From NCBI GenBank assembly GCA_964570365.1, contig CAZMXT010000001.1:73440-137439 (forward strand): DNA of 64,000 bases, written 5' to 3'. The notes under the pieces were generated by a model that was not told the DNA's origin, ran no database searches, and saw only the letters and a program-made list of their open reading frames with translations. This document shows positions 18,865-28,802 of this stretch, one piece after another (the first letter of the stretch is position 1; each line of letters starts with the position of its first letter). The stretch is from an uncultured Pseudomonadales bacterium. GTDB lineage: Bacteria > Patescibacteriota > Microgenomatia > UBA1400 > PJMF01. The position numbers and the translations under genes are program-made.

Positions 18865-20478
18865 TTATAGAACCTTCACTTCCCAAGCATCCTGTTCTTT
18901 ATTCCACTCCACAATCACCGTTTCGTCCGGGAATCGGTCCGGAGTAGCTGCTATAAATCTATAGCGCCCCACCTTATAACCATACCTGAAACCTATTGTA
19001 TCAGGCAAGTGTCTTTGTATCGTAGTAAAGAAGGTTTCTGCAGACATTTTTTTGTACCACGCTGCGGAAATATATTGGTAGCCACTTTCGTCTACAATCG
19101 CAATTTTCCTGCCTTCAGCTTGAGTTTCTGCTTGGACCAAGGCAGCTGCAAACCCTGCCTTTAAGACCTTTGCACTTTGTTGGGGATAGGCAGTAAAGTA
19201 ATCGTTAAAGTAGCTCACAGCTTGGAAAAGCAGCACAACTGACACTAGTGCGGTTAACACATGCTTTTTAGTGAGAAACTGTAGCTGGGAATTTCTTTCT
19301 AGTACCCGCCAAGTCCAGCAAAGACCTTCTACTGCTATCAATACCCAGAAAAAGAAAAAGCCCAAACTCCGAGTGGCATGTGGTGCATCTACTGTTATAA
19401 CAGCTGGGAGGGGTGTAACCAATAAAAAGAAGAGCAGTAAGGCAGGAACCTTTGCTGAAATAGATTTCTTTTGTTGCAACGCTAGCAAGCATCTAGCCAC
19501 TGACCAGGTGATTCCCACCCAACCGAAAACATACACTATGGGTAGCAAGTGGCCATGAAAGGCAATTGTATGCCAAGGATGCCCACCACCTTCTCTAACT
19601 AAAAATTGAGCGCCAAATGTCGCTCGGTAGTTACTAACCACTTTTTGACCAAAGAAAAAAAACTTACTTCCGACTAACTTTTGGCTGAATCCACTTAGCT
19701 GACCTCTGTACTTGGTGTACTCCATCCAAGTGGATTCGTCAGAGAAAATAGTAATTCCACTCTTTTGTTGAGAGAGAGAGGCAAAAGAAACTAGTCCAAT
19801 TGCTAACACCAGTAGTAAGCCCGCGATAGGCAACCTCCATTTTGAGAACTGCCTATAACCTCGCCAGAAAATGATTGTTGGAACTAGAAAGGGTGCCAGT
19901 AATAGTGGTGTGTTGTAGACAAAAACTGAGCTCAAAATGAAAGTAATACCTAAAAAATCAATAATGAATCTTTTATTTGAGTGCTGTATTAGTAAGAGGA
20001 GTACGCCGGTTAAAAAAAGACTCAAAGCCACATTTGCTTCCCAAGCCATTCGAGAGTAGAAAAAGAATACTGGCTGAGTAGCTATCAGCACTGCTACCAG
20101 CAAACTGTATTTTTTTGAAAAGCCGAGAACTCTAAACGAAAACAGGTATCCAATTAACACCAAGGCTGTCCCAGCAACTACCGAAGGCAACCTCACTACT
20201 AAATCTGAAGTCCCAAAGACTGAAAAAAAGGCAACTAGGATAAATGGATAGCCCGGCAGTTTGTAGTCACCAAAAGACTTCAAGCTCAGCGGCCACGACA
20301 TCCCCCACTCATCCGTCCCTGTCCCTTTTAAAAGTAAGGCATTGTAGGCTAAGGCCGCTTCATCTCTATTTAAAGTAGCAGGTAAAGTAGACGCTCCCCA
20401 GATTCGAACTAAAAAAGCCATGCACAGAATGAGCGAAAGTAAAAATGAAGGAGGAAGTTTTTTAATCATATGTGACAA
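18865..20478 (-). CDS. GT-C glycosyltransferase, PMT/ArnT-like (GT39/GT83 family)
   Basis: Loop 1 reads LNRDEAALAYNALLLKGTGTDEWGMSWPLSLKSFGDYKLPGYPF, the DE...FGDYK(L)P pattern of ArnT/PMT_2. It is 537 aa and polytopic. Confidence 0.75.
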   Translation of the reverse strand: MSHMIKKLPPSFLLSLILCMAFLVRIWGASTLPATLNRDEAALAYNALLLKGTGTDEWGMSWPLSLKSFGDYKLPGYPFILVAFFSVFGTSDLVVRLPSVVAGTALVLIGYLFSFRVLGFSKKYSLLVAVLIATQPVFFFYSRMAWEANVALSLFLTGVLLLLIQHSNKRFIIDFLGITFILSSVFVYNTPLLLAPFLVPTIIFWRGYRQFSKWRLPIAGLLLVLAIGLVSFASLSQQKSGITIFSDESTWMEYTKYRGQLSGFSQKLVGSKFFFFGQKVVSNYRATFGAQFLVREGGGHPWHTIAFHGHLLPIVYVFGWVGITWSVARCLLALQQKKSISAKVPALLLFFLLVTPLPAVITVDAPHATRSLGFFFFWVLIAVEGLCWTWRVLERNSQLQFLTKKHVLTALVSVVLLFQAVSYFNDYFTAYPQQSAKVLKAGFAAALVQAETQAEGRKIAIVDESGYQYISAAWYKKMSAETFFTTIQRHLPDTIGFRYGYKVGRYRFIAATPDRFPDETVIVEWNKEQDAWEVKVL

Positions 20479-22177
20479 TTACAAATCTAGCTACGTTACC
20501 CACTCCATATACTTGATGTACAGAACTTGGTTGACGGGTACTTTTCTCAGATAACTCTTTAATCTCATCAGGTTTCCCAGCAACTAAGAAAGCAGACTCA
20601 GAGGTAAGTGTTTTCTGATCGGGAATTCCAAATGTAATATCAGGAATACTAGCTTGAAATTGATATGATTGGCTTGACCAGCTCTGGAACTCGTTTCCAG
20701 TATACGGCCCGTACGCCATTAGCCACAAATAAAACCTATCATCAAAACGAGAAATAAATACTTTTCGATTACTTTTTTGTTGAAAAATATCTTTAGCTAA
20801 ACTCTTGTAGCCATCCTGCCACTCTAGAGCTGACTCCCTGGGATAAATCTTAAAGTAATGAAAGGAAAAACTAAAAATAAAGCTCAGTACCAGTACGCAA
20901 AAAAGAGCTACCGGTAAAAATCCTAAAATTACCGTTCTGGAACCCTGTACATAAGAACTTAACCAGCTGAGCACTTTTACAGTTCCAATACCAATCAACA
21001 CCGATAGCGGCACTAGTGCATTTAAAGAACGAAGTGCATGGGGTGTTCCTTCAGGTACAGCAGCGGGTAGTAATGCTATAACCCACCATGTAATCAAGAA
21101 TAGGAGTACTCGCTTATTCTCAAACCAAAGACTAAAAACTCCTCCGACTAAAAAGGGCAGTAAAAATAAAGGAAAGAGGCCATGAATTCCAGTCCCATGC
21201 CGTAAGTTGGGATCTCCACTTAAAAATAAAAAATTCAGCGATAGGTGGTCACTGTAGTTCATTGCTAACTCTCTAGCTGTTAGCCAAGCTCGATGAAAAT
21301 ACACTCTATCAATAGCAGTATTACCTGCTAACTCGCGGTAAACATTGGATTGTAGGACTTCCTGATCATTTTTGAGAATTGAGTCAGTCCCCAACCTAAA
21401 CCGATTGCTGTCAGCGTAAAGCGGTGATTGGAACATTGGCACCAAACAGAGGAGGAAAAGTAGGACCGGTAGAATAATATGAGGCAGACTCTTCTTCAAG
21501 TTGTTGGCAAATCCCTGATGATTAAAGAGTGGCAGTAACAGAGTCGCTGCTACAAAGACAGCTAGCCAAACAAAGCGCACCGAGAAGTACGTGTAGGTTG
21601 CCACACTACCTAATACAGCTGAGAGAAAGAACCACCTTGGATTTTGACGAGCACATAGTAAAGATCCGACAGAAAGAGCTAACAAAAATTGTCCCAAATG
21701 ACCCTCAAAGGCCGTGCGAGAAAACATGATTGACCAGGGCGCAATCGTTATTACCAGCATCGTGGCCAAGGCGATCAGAGTGGCTCGAGAGACGAGTGTT
21801 CCGTGACGAACTTTTTGCCTCAGACCTAGGGTACTGAGTTGCCATGCAATCCAAGCTGCTGCAATAATTGTTCCTATGCCAGACAAACTACTCACTAGTC
21901 GCAAACTGAACTCACTCACTCCAACTAGCTTCGCTACTGCTGAAGCAAACCAAATATAAACGGGTAACTTGTAGTCCCCATAAGAAGGGTAAATCACCTG
22001 AAACCAAGGCCTGCCATGCATATCTTTGCCTGTCTGAGCCACTGACTTGACGTCCACCAGCATGGCTGCTTCATCCCAATAAAGAGAGCTCGGCACTTCG
22101 CCGAGTTTATACAGACGCAGAGTCAAGGCTAAGAACAAGATACACCCAACAATCAACCCCAGATACTTTCGCGGCAT
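20462..22177 (-). CDS. GT-C glycosyltransferase, PMT/ArnT-like (GT39/GT83 family)
   Basis: Loop 1 reads LYWDEAAMLVDVKSVAQTGKDMHGRPWFQVIYPSYGDYKLPVYIW. It is 571 aa with a polytopic domain followed by a C-terminal soluble domain. Confidence 0.8.
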   Translation of the reverse strand: MPRKYLGLIVGCILFLALTLRLYKLGEVPSSLYWDEAAMLVDVKSVAQTGKDMHGRPWFQVIYPSYGDYKLPVYIWFASAVAKLVGVSEFSLRLVSSLSGIGTIIAAAWIAWQLSTLGLRQKVRHGTLVSRATLIALATMLVITIAPWSIMFSRTAFEGHLGQFLLALSVGSLLCARQNPRWFFLSAVLGSVATYTYFSVRFVWLAVFVAATLLLPLFNHQGFANNLKKSLPHIILPVLLFLLCLVPMFQSPLYADSNRFRLGTDSILKNDQEVLQSNVYRELAGNTAIDRVYFHRAWLTARELAMNYSDHLSLNFLFLSGDPNLRHGTGIHGLFPLFLLPFLVGGVFSLWFENKRVLLFLITWWVIALLPAAVPEGTPHALRSLNALVPLSVLIGIGTVKVLSWLSSYVQGSRTVILGFLPVALFCVLVLSFIFSFSFHYFKIYPRESALEWQDGYKSLAKDIFQQKSNRKVFISRFDDRFYLWLMAYGPYTGNEFQSWSSQSYQFQASIPDITFGIPDQKTLTSESAFLVAGKPDEIKELSEKSTRQPSSVHQVYGVGNVARFVIVTYD

Positions 22178-22234
22178 TTATTGATCATAGCATTTCTCAT
22201 TGCGAGTGGGAAAAGAGACAGGTAAGATGATCTG

Positions 22235-23485
22235 ATGACTTCGTTCCGTCCTATTCATTTATTGATCGTGATTTACTTAATCTCCAGATTATTCATTTGG
22301 GTTTTTCGACCCCAAGCCTTTAGCGAAATCATTTACAGTTATATGCCTTATGCCCATCTCTGGGCCAGTGGCACCAAACCATACCTGGAGCAGTGGTACG
22401 AATATCCACCAGTGACAATTCCGTTGTTTTACATACCCCATATCATTGATCGAGAAACTCGTGAAACTCCTTTTCACTTGAACTACCTACAAAGTTATCG
22501 AGGTTTGCTATTGATTGTTGATCTACTCCTTTTTGGATTGATCTGGAAAACACTACAAAAGCAAAAAGTTGCCTTACCAATTTTTATTACTGCTGTACTC
22601 TATTACATTGGGGTTACCACAAAAGCTCACCACTTTCTGTATGACACCATGGACCTGACTTTTGCCGCTTCGCTCACTCTAGCAGCAGCCGCACCAGTGA
22701 TTTTATCTGCCAAAACTGCCAGCTTTTTTTCTTGGCTGGGCACTTTTTTGGCAATTGGCTTAAAGTACGTCAACGCCCCCCTAATACCGATCTATGCTTT
22801 GTTAGAGCGACAGAACTGGAAACGACTAGTGGTGTCTGGCTTTATTGCCTTTGCGTTAGTCTGGGCATTGCCACTCAGTTTGTTCCGATCTTCCTTGTCT
22901 GTCAGCTTGGTTTACCACGATATGCGCGGAATTCAAGTTGATAGTGCAGCAGCCATTCTCCTCAGAACTATTGACCAATTTACTCAGAGTGAGCGGATCA
23001 TCGAGATTTATAAGAATTATGAAGTTACTGGCCCGCTGACGGATCAAGCCAAGAGCGTAATGAAAGTTCTTTTTCCAGCTTCACTGCTTATTTACGTAGC
23101 TATCGCATGTTGGTTAGTGCTTAAGGTAACTCACAAACGCAGTCAGTTTCTCCGTATTCATCTCACTCTAGGGTATATCTTACTTTTTATGCTCACTGGA
23201 AAAGTGCTTTCGACCCCATTTCTCCTCTGGCATATTCCTTTACTCGCCATCTACCCTTTTACAAGCCTCAAGAGGCAACTGAGCTTTCTCGTCCCTTCGG
23301 CCATCATTATCTTTGTATCAATGACTCAAGTTTCCAATGATCTGATTGGTATTTTTCCTATTCCCTTAATTGTAGGATGGATTCGAACCCTCGCTTTTGG
23401 CTTTCTGTTTATTCAATGGCTCTGTCTGACTAGAGATGAACAAAGAGAAGCTCATTCTCCAGTTACTAGTGCAACTGATAAATAA
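22235..23485 (+). CDS. polytopic membrane protein, candidate GT-C (GT87/DUF2029-like)
   Basis: A hydrophobic 416-aa protein. Its loop motif YEYPPVTIPLFYIPH resembles the YPP-containing loop of GT87-like membrane glycosyltransferases. This is recalled from memory. Confidence 0.45.
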   Translation: MTSFRPIHLLIVIYLISRLFIWVFRPQAFSEIIYSYMPYAHLWASGTKPYLEQWYEYPPVTIPLFYIPHIIDRETRETPFHLNYLQSYRGLLLIVDLLLFGLIWKTLQKQKVALPIFITAVLYYIGVTTKAHHFLYDTMDLTFAASLTLAAAAPVILSAKTASFFSWLGTFLAIGLKYVNAPLIPIYALLERQNWKRLVVSGFIAFALVWALPLSLFRSSLSVSLVYHDMRGIQVDSAAAILLRTIDQFTQSERIIEIYKNYEVTGPLTDQAKSVMKVLFPASLLIYVAIACWLVLKVTHKRSQFLRIHLTLGYILLFMLTGKVLSTPFLLWHIPLLAIYPFTSLKRQLSFLVPSAIIIFVSMTQVSNDLIGIFPIPLIVGWIRTLAFGFLFIQWLCLTRDEQREAHSPVTSATDK

Positions 23486-25118
23486 CCCAGACCACTTTAC
23501 CTTGCAGGTCTCGTACTTCTGATACTTCCTGGGCAACCGAACCTTGTTGGGTAAGACGATTGAATTCTGTACGCGAAGATGCAATGATTCCCTTATTGCT
23601 ACTACTTAATGCATCCACAAACTCGATGTTCTGAAATTGTAGAAACTCACCTTGATCTTTTTTAGCCCACTCATTTTCACCCTGAACTAGGCTTGGGTCG
23701 GTCTTCGTGTAAAACCAGTAATACATTGCAGGACGACCTTGCTCGCGGGTAATAAAGACTGGCAGGTTTGGAGCGCTATGCTGCCTTTTCTTTACTTCAG
23801 CTACCATTTCTTTATACCCATATTGCCATTCAGAGGCATAGAGTTGTGGAAACACTAAGGAGTAAAACCTCCAGAATTGGCCGAATTGGATTAAGAAAAA
23901 AAGAGCTAGTGGAACTGTTAAGATTTCCGGACTTACTCGGGGCCACTTTTGTTTCAGCCACACTACTGAGTACATCACTCCAAAACTGAGGATTAACAAC
24001 AGAGCAGGCATCACTGGCAAAATGCGCAAAGCGTGGGGTGCTGCTTTGGTTAGACCAGCTGGAACAACTCCAATTAAAATCCAGAAAAAAAGAAATGCGA
24101 CTTTCCGATCGCGCATCTTGAATAAATAAAAAATACCTAGCGACAAAAACACCGCATCTAGTAAATAAAATTGACCCACTATTTGAACTGAGTGACGCGG
24201 ATTCTGGTCACCTTGGATAAAAAGAAAAGTTGGTGAAAAATGCTTAAAGTAATTTTCAATAAAGCCGCGACCGTAAAAAAAGTAACGATGGTATAGCAAG
24301 CGGGCGATGTGTGTATCCCCAGCTGCCTCACGATAGGTATTACTCTGCTCTACAAAAATTGGATCACTAAAGAGATTTGTTTCTTTAAAGCGTTGTTGTT
24401 GAATTGGATCCCGGAAACTTAGTAACAGCGGAAGAATGAGTAAAATAAAGAAAATACCCATAGGAAAGATTTTTTTTAAGTTCGCCTTCCAGTCACCTTC
24501 TAATAACCACAGTCCCAATAACCCCATCGCTAAAAATGGAGCGATTAAACGAGTAGCATGATAAGCGTACATGGAGAGTGCTAACAACCCAAAACTAATA
24601 AAGTAGGTTCTTCTGCTCGCTCCTGCTTTCAATCCTAAATAAACTCCCCAAGTAACTAAACAGGTAGCTAAGTTTACCTCCCAAGCAGCGCGCGAGAACT
24701 GAATCGCCCAGGGAGAAATGCTGACTACAAACATCGTTAAGAGTTGAACAATGTCTGGTGAAAAACGAAGCTTTTTAGCGAATACACGAGCGATTAATCC
24801 TGTCCCGATTACTATCAGCAGTCCAGCTATAGCACTCGGAAATCGCACCGCCTCCTCATTTAATCCAAGTAAAGCCACTGCCGGAACTACCACATAAAAG
24901 TACAATGCTGGTTTATAATCACCAAATGACTCAAATGCTGAAATGGGCCAATTATGTCCATGATGATCTTTACCCGTTTTTAAGATTGAGTAAGCATCGT
25001 AACCTAAAGCTACCTCTTCCCAATAAAGAGCCGGGGGGGAACTTGATATGTTATAAAAACGAGTGAATACAGCCAGACCTAAAATAGTAATGAATCCCAG
25101 CAAAAAGATTTTTTTCAT
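23466..25118 (-). CDS. GT-C glycosyltransferase, PMT/ArnT-like (variant EE motif)
   Basis: Loop 1 reads LYWEEVALGYDAYSILKTGKDHHGHNWPISAFESFGDYKPALYFY. It is a paralog of 20462 and 25125, with EE in place of DE. Confidence 0.75.
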   Translation of the reverse strand: MKKIFLLGFITILGLAVFTRFYNISSSPPALYWEEVALGYDAYSILKTGKDHHGHNWPISAFESFGDYKPALYFYVVVPAVALLGLNEEAVRFPSAIAGLLIVIGTGLIARVFAKKLRFSPDIVQLLTMFVVSISPWAIQFSRAAWEVNLATCLVTWGVYLGLKAGASRRTYFISFGLLALSMYAYHATRLIAPFLAMGLLGLWLLEGDWKANLKKIFPMGIFFILLILPLLLSFRDPIQQQRFKETNLFSDPIFVEQSNTYREAAGDTHIARLLYHRYFFYGRGFIENYFKHFSPTFLFIQGDQNPRHSVQIVGQFYLLDAVFLSLGIFYLFKMRDRKVAFLFFWILIGVVPAGLTKAAPHALRILPVMPALLLILSFGVMYSVVWLKQKWPRVSPEILTVPLALFFLIQFGQFWRFYSLVFPQLYASEWQYGYKEMVAEVKKRQHSAPNLPVFITREQGRPAMYYWFYTKTDPSLVQGENEWAKKDQGEFLQFQNIEFVDALSSSNKGIIASSRTEFNRLTQQGSVAQEVSEVRDLQGKVVWVIYQLH

Positions 25119-25124
25119 GCTTGT

Positions 25125-26777
25125 TTAGTATGTCACCTCATTTGGTGTCCTAGTAACTGTAAATCGAACTTTTCCGTCTGTACCCCTCACAACTGCCATT
25201 GCTTTTTCAGCTGGAATTTCACTCGGAGTGGCAATGATTAAAACGTTTTTCCGACCTAAATCCCCTTCATTAATGCTGCGACTAAACTCATACTTAACCA
25301 ACGAACCCCCGTGGTACCAAATCGGATTTGTTTTCCGAGAGAAAAGTGCAAAGATATAAGGTTGTTGATAAAAATCTGTAAAGAGAATTCTTTCAACCTC
25401 TGGCTCATACTGCTTGGCATACTCCATTACTTCTAAGTACCCATCGAGAAAGTCTACACTCACTTCCCGTTGATAGCTGCCATAGTAGCGGTGTAAGTAG
25501 CTGAGCGAAAAGAGACAGTGTAAAAGCAGCCAAGTACCTACAACTGACTTAACCAGTAATTCTTTTTCTGACTTCGTTCCATTAACTCGCTGATTTAATG
25601 AAAGTGGCTGCAGTAACTTCCAAAGTGAGTCTGCGCCTGCCACAGCTAAAAGCAGGAATCCTGGCAAAGCTAGTAGTGCACGATTACTATGTGGAATATC
25701 TCGGCCAATAGCTGCTGGCAATAAGCCAATAAGAATCCAACCCACTGCAATTAACCAGAGTTGCTTTTCATCTGCGATGACCGAAATTTTTTTACGCAGA
25801 AATATAGGAGAGAGGACTCCCGCTACAACCAGCAAGAAAGTTGTTGGCAACAAGACTCCCCAATGACCATCACCGTGACGCAAAGAATTTGTCCATCCAA
25901 AACTCAAAAAAGCTGGCGAGATATGTGCCGAAAAATGGTAGATAAATGCTTCTAATTTTTCCACTGGACTCAGTGGTAATGTAAAAATGGTACTCTGCCA
26001 GAACCTATCAGCTCCGTGACCAAATAGTGAATCTTGAATGAGTGGTAAGAGACCAATGCTGGTTAGTACTCCCACGCAGAGCAGACTTTTGCGCTCAATC
26101 CAAAATACTTTTCTCTTTAAAAATATGAACAGTAGTACTAAAAGAGGCACCACAATTTTAGTACTGTGATAACTATATAAAGCAGCTGCTAAAAAAGTAC
26201 TAGTTGCACCAATATTAAAAAAGCGCTGCCATGCTTTAACTACCTGATTTAATCTAAGTAAGAAAACCAGGGACCAAATCAAAAAGCAGAGAGCAATCCC
26301 ACTTTCGAAACCAATTCGAGAAAAATGAATATGCCACGGAGAGAGGGCAATTAATAATCCTGAGAGTAATGAAAGTGAAGCCGCCGAGAGAAAAACATTC
26401 TCCTCCTTATTTACTACCGACTTGCGTTCTAACAACTGGTAGGTAAGCAAAATCATCCCTCCAACCGCTGCAACCCCAGCCAGTGCAAAAGGTAATCTCA
26501 CTGCCCAGAGGTTCATTCCAAATACAACAGTGAAAAAACCATTTAGATAGATTGGTAACGGCGCTTTGTAGTCGCCAAAAGAACGAAATGAAGTAGGCAA
26601 TCGATTCAACCACTCATCACGGCGCGTGGTCCAGACAGCATACCCATTGTAACCAATTGCAGCTTCATCCCAGCTCATACCATGTGGAACTTCTCCAATT
26701 TTGTAGAGACGTAAAACTGTGGCCAAAATCAAGATTAAGCCCACAAGAATCAGCCATCGTTTAGAAAGCAGATTCAT
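25125..26777 (-). CDS. GT-C glycosyltransferase, PMT/ArnT-like (GT39/GT83 family)
   Basis: Loop 1 reads MSWDEAAIGYNGYAVWTTRRDEWLNRLPTSFRSFGDYKAPLPIY. The start is placed at the internal Met (MNLLSKRW), where the ATG at 26775-26777 forms an ATGA overlap with the stop of the upstream GT2 gene. The longer track ORF running to 26855 is probably an artefact. Confidence 0.75.
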   Translation of the reverse strand: MNLLSKRWLILVGLILILATVLRLYKIGEVPHGMSWDEAAIGYNGYAVWTTRRDEWLNRLPTSFRSFGDYKAPLPIYLNGFFTVVFGMNLWAVRLPFALAGVAAVGGMILLTYQLLERKSVVNKEENVFLSAASLSLLSGLLIALSPWHIHFSRIGFESGIALCFLIWSLVFLLRLNQVVKAWQRFFNIGATSTFLAAALYSYHSTKIVVPLLVLLFIFLKRKVFWIERKSLLCVGVLTSIGLLPLIQDSLFGHGADRFWQSTIFTLPLSPVEKLEAFIYHFSAHISPAFLSFGWTNSLRHGDGHWGVLLPTTFLLVVAGVLSPIFLRKKISVIADEKQLWLIAVGWILIGLLPAAIGRDIPHSNRALLALPGFLLLAVAGADSLWKLLQPLSLNQRVNGTKSEKELLVKSVVGTWLLLHCLFSLSYLHRYYGSYQREVSVDFLDGYLEVMEYAKQYEPEVERILFTDFYQQPYIFALFSRKTNPIWYHGGSLVKYEFSRSINEGDLGRKNVLIIATPSEIPAEKAMAVVRGTDGKVRFTVTRTPNEVTY

Positions 26778-27697
26778 ACTTGATCCCTTTTCCACCACCA
26801 GTATGGCTGCCATAAAATAAAAAGCATTTTTTGAGTCAAACTTCCATTTCTCCAAGTAAAGACACGGGCATTGCGCCAGCTCATTTGAGTAATTCTCTGC
26901 TCACCAAAAACCTCCGCGTTAGTCGTTTCATGATAATGTTTCACTCTAGCCTGATTCTCAAAGAGAACTTGCCAACCTTTTTTCCTGGCTCTAAAAGATA
27001 AATCTACGTCTTCCCAATAGGCTGGGTAGTAAACTGGGTCAAACCCTTTTAGCTCTAACCACTTCTGTTTATCAAAGATGCCACTCCCCCCGCTCACCCA
27101 GGCCGTAGGGCCGGATGCAAACTCTGTGGCTCGTGCATGGATGAAAAGTCCTCTCTCAAACCACAACGAATTTTTGCCTCCCACCACCTCTTCTTCTCCT
27201 TCAAGCGTTTGCTCTTTTTCTAGACAGCCCACCGCAAACACTGCTGAGTTATTAAAATGAGGCAGAAGATACTTGAGAATATCGGCAGCTGGCTGAACGT
27301 CAGTATTAATCAAAAAAACTAGTTCATGTTTTGCTTGCTCTACAGCCCGATTACAGGTTGCCGCAAAGCGAAGATTCTGTCGGTTTTTTATCAAAGTAAT
27401 TGTTACACTTTTATTTGGATGAGTTAACTCAGTTCGCATCATCTCAAACTCTGAGGAAGAAGATTTTTGAGTATTGTCCGCTTGAGCATCGGAGAAGAAC
27501 TGCTGTTTTAACCACTCGCAGCTATTGTCTGAACTGGCATCGTCCATAATGACAATTTCATCCCCACTTCGGAGCATGGCAATTACCGAGGCTAAGTTAT
27601 CTGCCAGTAACGCCTGACCATTAAAGTTTGGAATAATAGCAGAGACATTACGACCACCATAAACTGGGTCGTTCGCAAAAGAAGAAATCGAAGTCAT
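26774..27697 (-). CDS. GT2 family glycosyltransferase
   Basis: It has VSAIIPNFNGQALL...IVIMDDASSDNS...NTDV and a C-terminal YWEDVDLSFRARKKGW region typical of GT2 enzymes. Confidence 0.8.
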   Translation of the reverse strand: MTSISSFANDPVYGGRNVSAIIPNFNGQALLADNLASVIAMLRSGDEIVIMDDASSDNSCEWLKQQFFSDAQADNTQKSSSSEFEMMRTELTHPNKSVTITLIKNRQNLRFAATCNRAVEQAKHELVFLINTDVQPAADILKYLLPHFNNSAVFAVGCLEKEQTLEGEEEVVGGKNSLWFERGLFIHARATEFASGPTAWVSGGSGIFDKQKWLELKGFDPVYYPAYWEDVDLSFRARKKGWQVLFENQARVKHYHETTNAEVFGEQRITQMSWRNARVFTWRNGSLTQKMLFILWQPYWWWKRDQV

Positions 27698-27704
27698 AAT
27701 GCTA

Positions 27705-28802
27705 TTACCTTTTTATCATTTGTTGCAAGGTCTTTTCAAAGCGATCTTGCGAGAACTGCCTTACTTGCGCTCTAGCCATTTCTCTAAGCGATGTACAAAG
27801 TTGTGTGTCCGTAATTAATTTTGTGGTTAACTCCAAACATTCATTTTCTGTCTGCCATAAATATGCAGTGAACTCAGCGCCTACTACCTCAGTTTGACCA
27901 CCCTTACCTACCACGACTGGGATGCAACCGCTAGCCATTGCTTCTCCTGTACTAATTCCAAAGTGCTCTACTTTTTCAGGCGCCTCAGCTTCATTTACCT
28001 CAAACCCAGCCGCGTGCCAATAAATACTCGCTTTAGCATACCATTCCAAGAGTTGACTACGCGCCACATCGTGCAGAAAAGTAATTGGCAAGTCTTTTGC
28101 AAGTTGATAAAGCTGACTCACATACTCTTGATCTTCTATCCCACCAATCAAAACTAGCCTCCAATCTGCCATCAGCTCCGGGTTAGACTGCAACATCTTC
28201 TGAAAGATTTTTATCAAAAGATCTTGCCTTTTTGCATGTGTATGTTGAAAAAAACGCCCCACACTTAAAATCACTTTTTGTTTTTTTGGAGCATGCTGGA
28301 AACAATCCTCCTCTATCACAGGATAGTGAACAAACGGAACAGAAGTCTGCCAAGCTTTTTCAACTACGTTTTGAGTAAACTGTGAGTTCGCATTTTTAAC
28401 AGACCAATTTTTGAGCTTTAATCTTTCCAAAACTGAGGTTTTACGGTTGGTGAATGGAATCTGGATGTGTAAAACATTATTCTTTGCTGCACTAAAAAAT
28501 AAACTGCCGTCAGTGACGTAGTAGAGCAAGTCATACTTGCGAGTCCAATCTAGCTTCCTAAAAAAAGAAGTCTGAGTGCCTAACGGGCTAGCAATAAACC
28601 CAACTACATCAAGTGAAGAGCCTAAGAAGCGACTGTAGTTCTGGCGATATTGAGCCACTTGGTCAGAGGTCAGTGGGTCAGTGGCAGAGATGGCTACTTC
28701 AACTTGGTGTGAGTTGCCCAAAGCCTGTGCGACTTTAAATAAATATCTTTCGCCGCCACCAAAGTGTTTGGGAATATATGGCGAGTATAAACAAACCCTC
28801 AT
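27705..28802 (-). CDS. GT-B fold glycosyltransferase (GT4-like)
   Basis: The C-terminal domain contains EHFGISTGEAMASGCIPVVVGKGG, a GT4/GT1-like nucleotide-sugar binding region. It is 365 aa. Confidence 0.7.
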   Translation of the reverse strand: MRVCLYSPYIPKHFGGGERYLFKVAQALGNSHQVEVAISATDPLTSDQVAQYRQNYSRFLGSSLDVVGFIASPLGTQTSFFRKLDWTRKYDLLYYVTDGSLFFSAAKNNVLHIQIPFTNRKTSVLERLKLKNWSVKNANSQFTQNVVEKAWQTSVPFVHYPVIEEDCFQHAPKKQKVILSVGRFFQHTHAKRQDLLIKIFQKMLQSNPELMADWRLVLIGGIEDQEYVSQLYQLAKDLPITFLHDVARSQLLEWYAKASIYWHAAGFEVNEAEAPEKVEHFGISTGEAMASGCIPVVVGKGGQTEVVGAEFTAYLWQTENECLELTTKLITDTQLCTSLREMARAQVRQFSQDRFEKTLQQMIKR

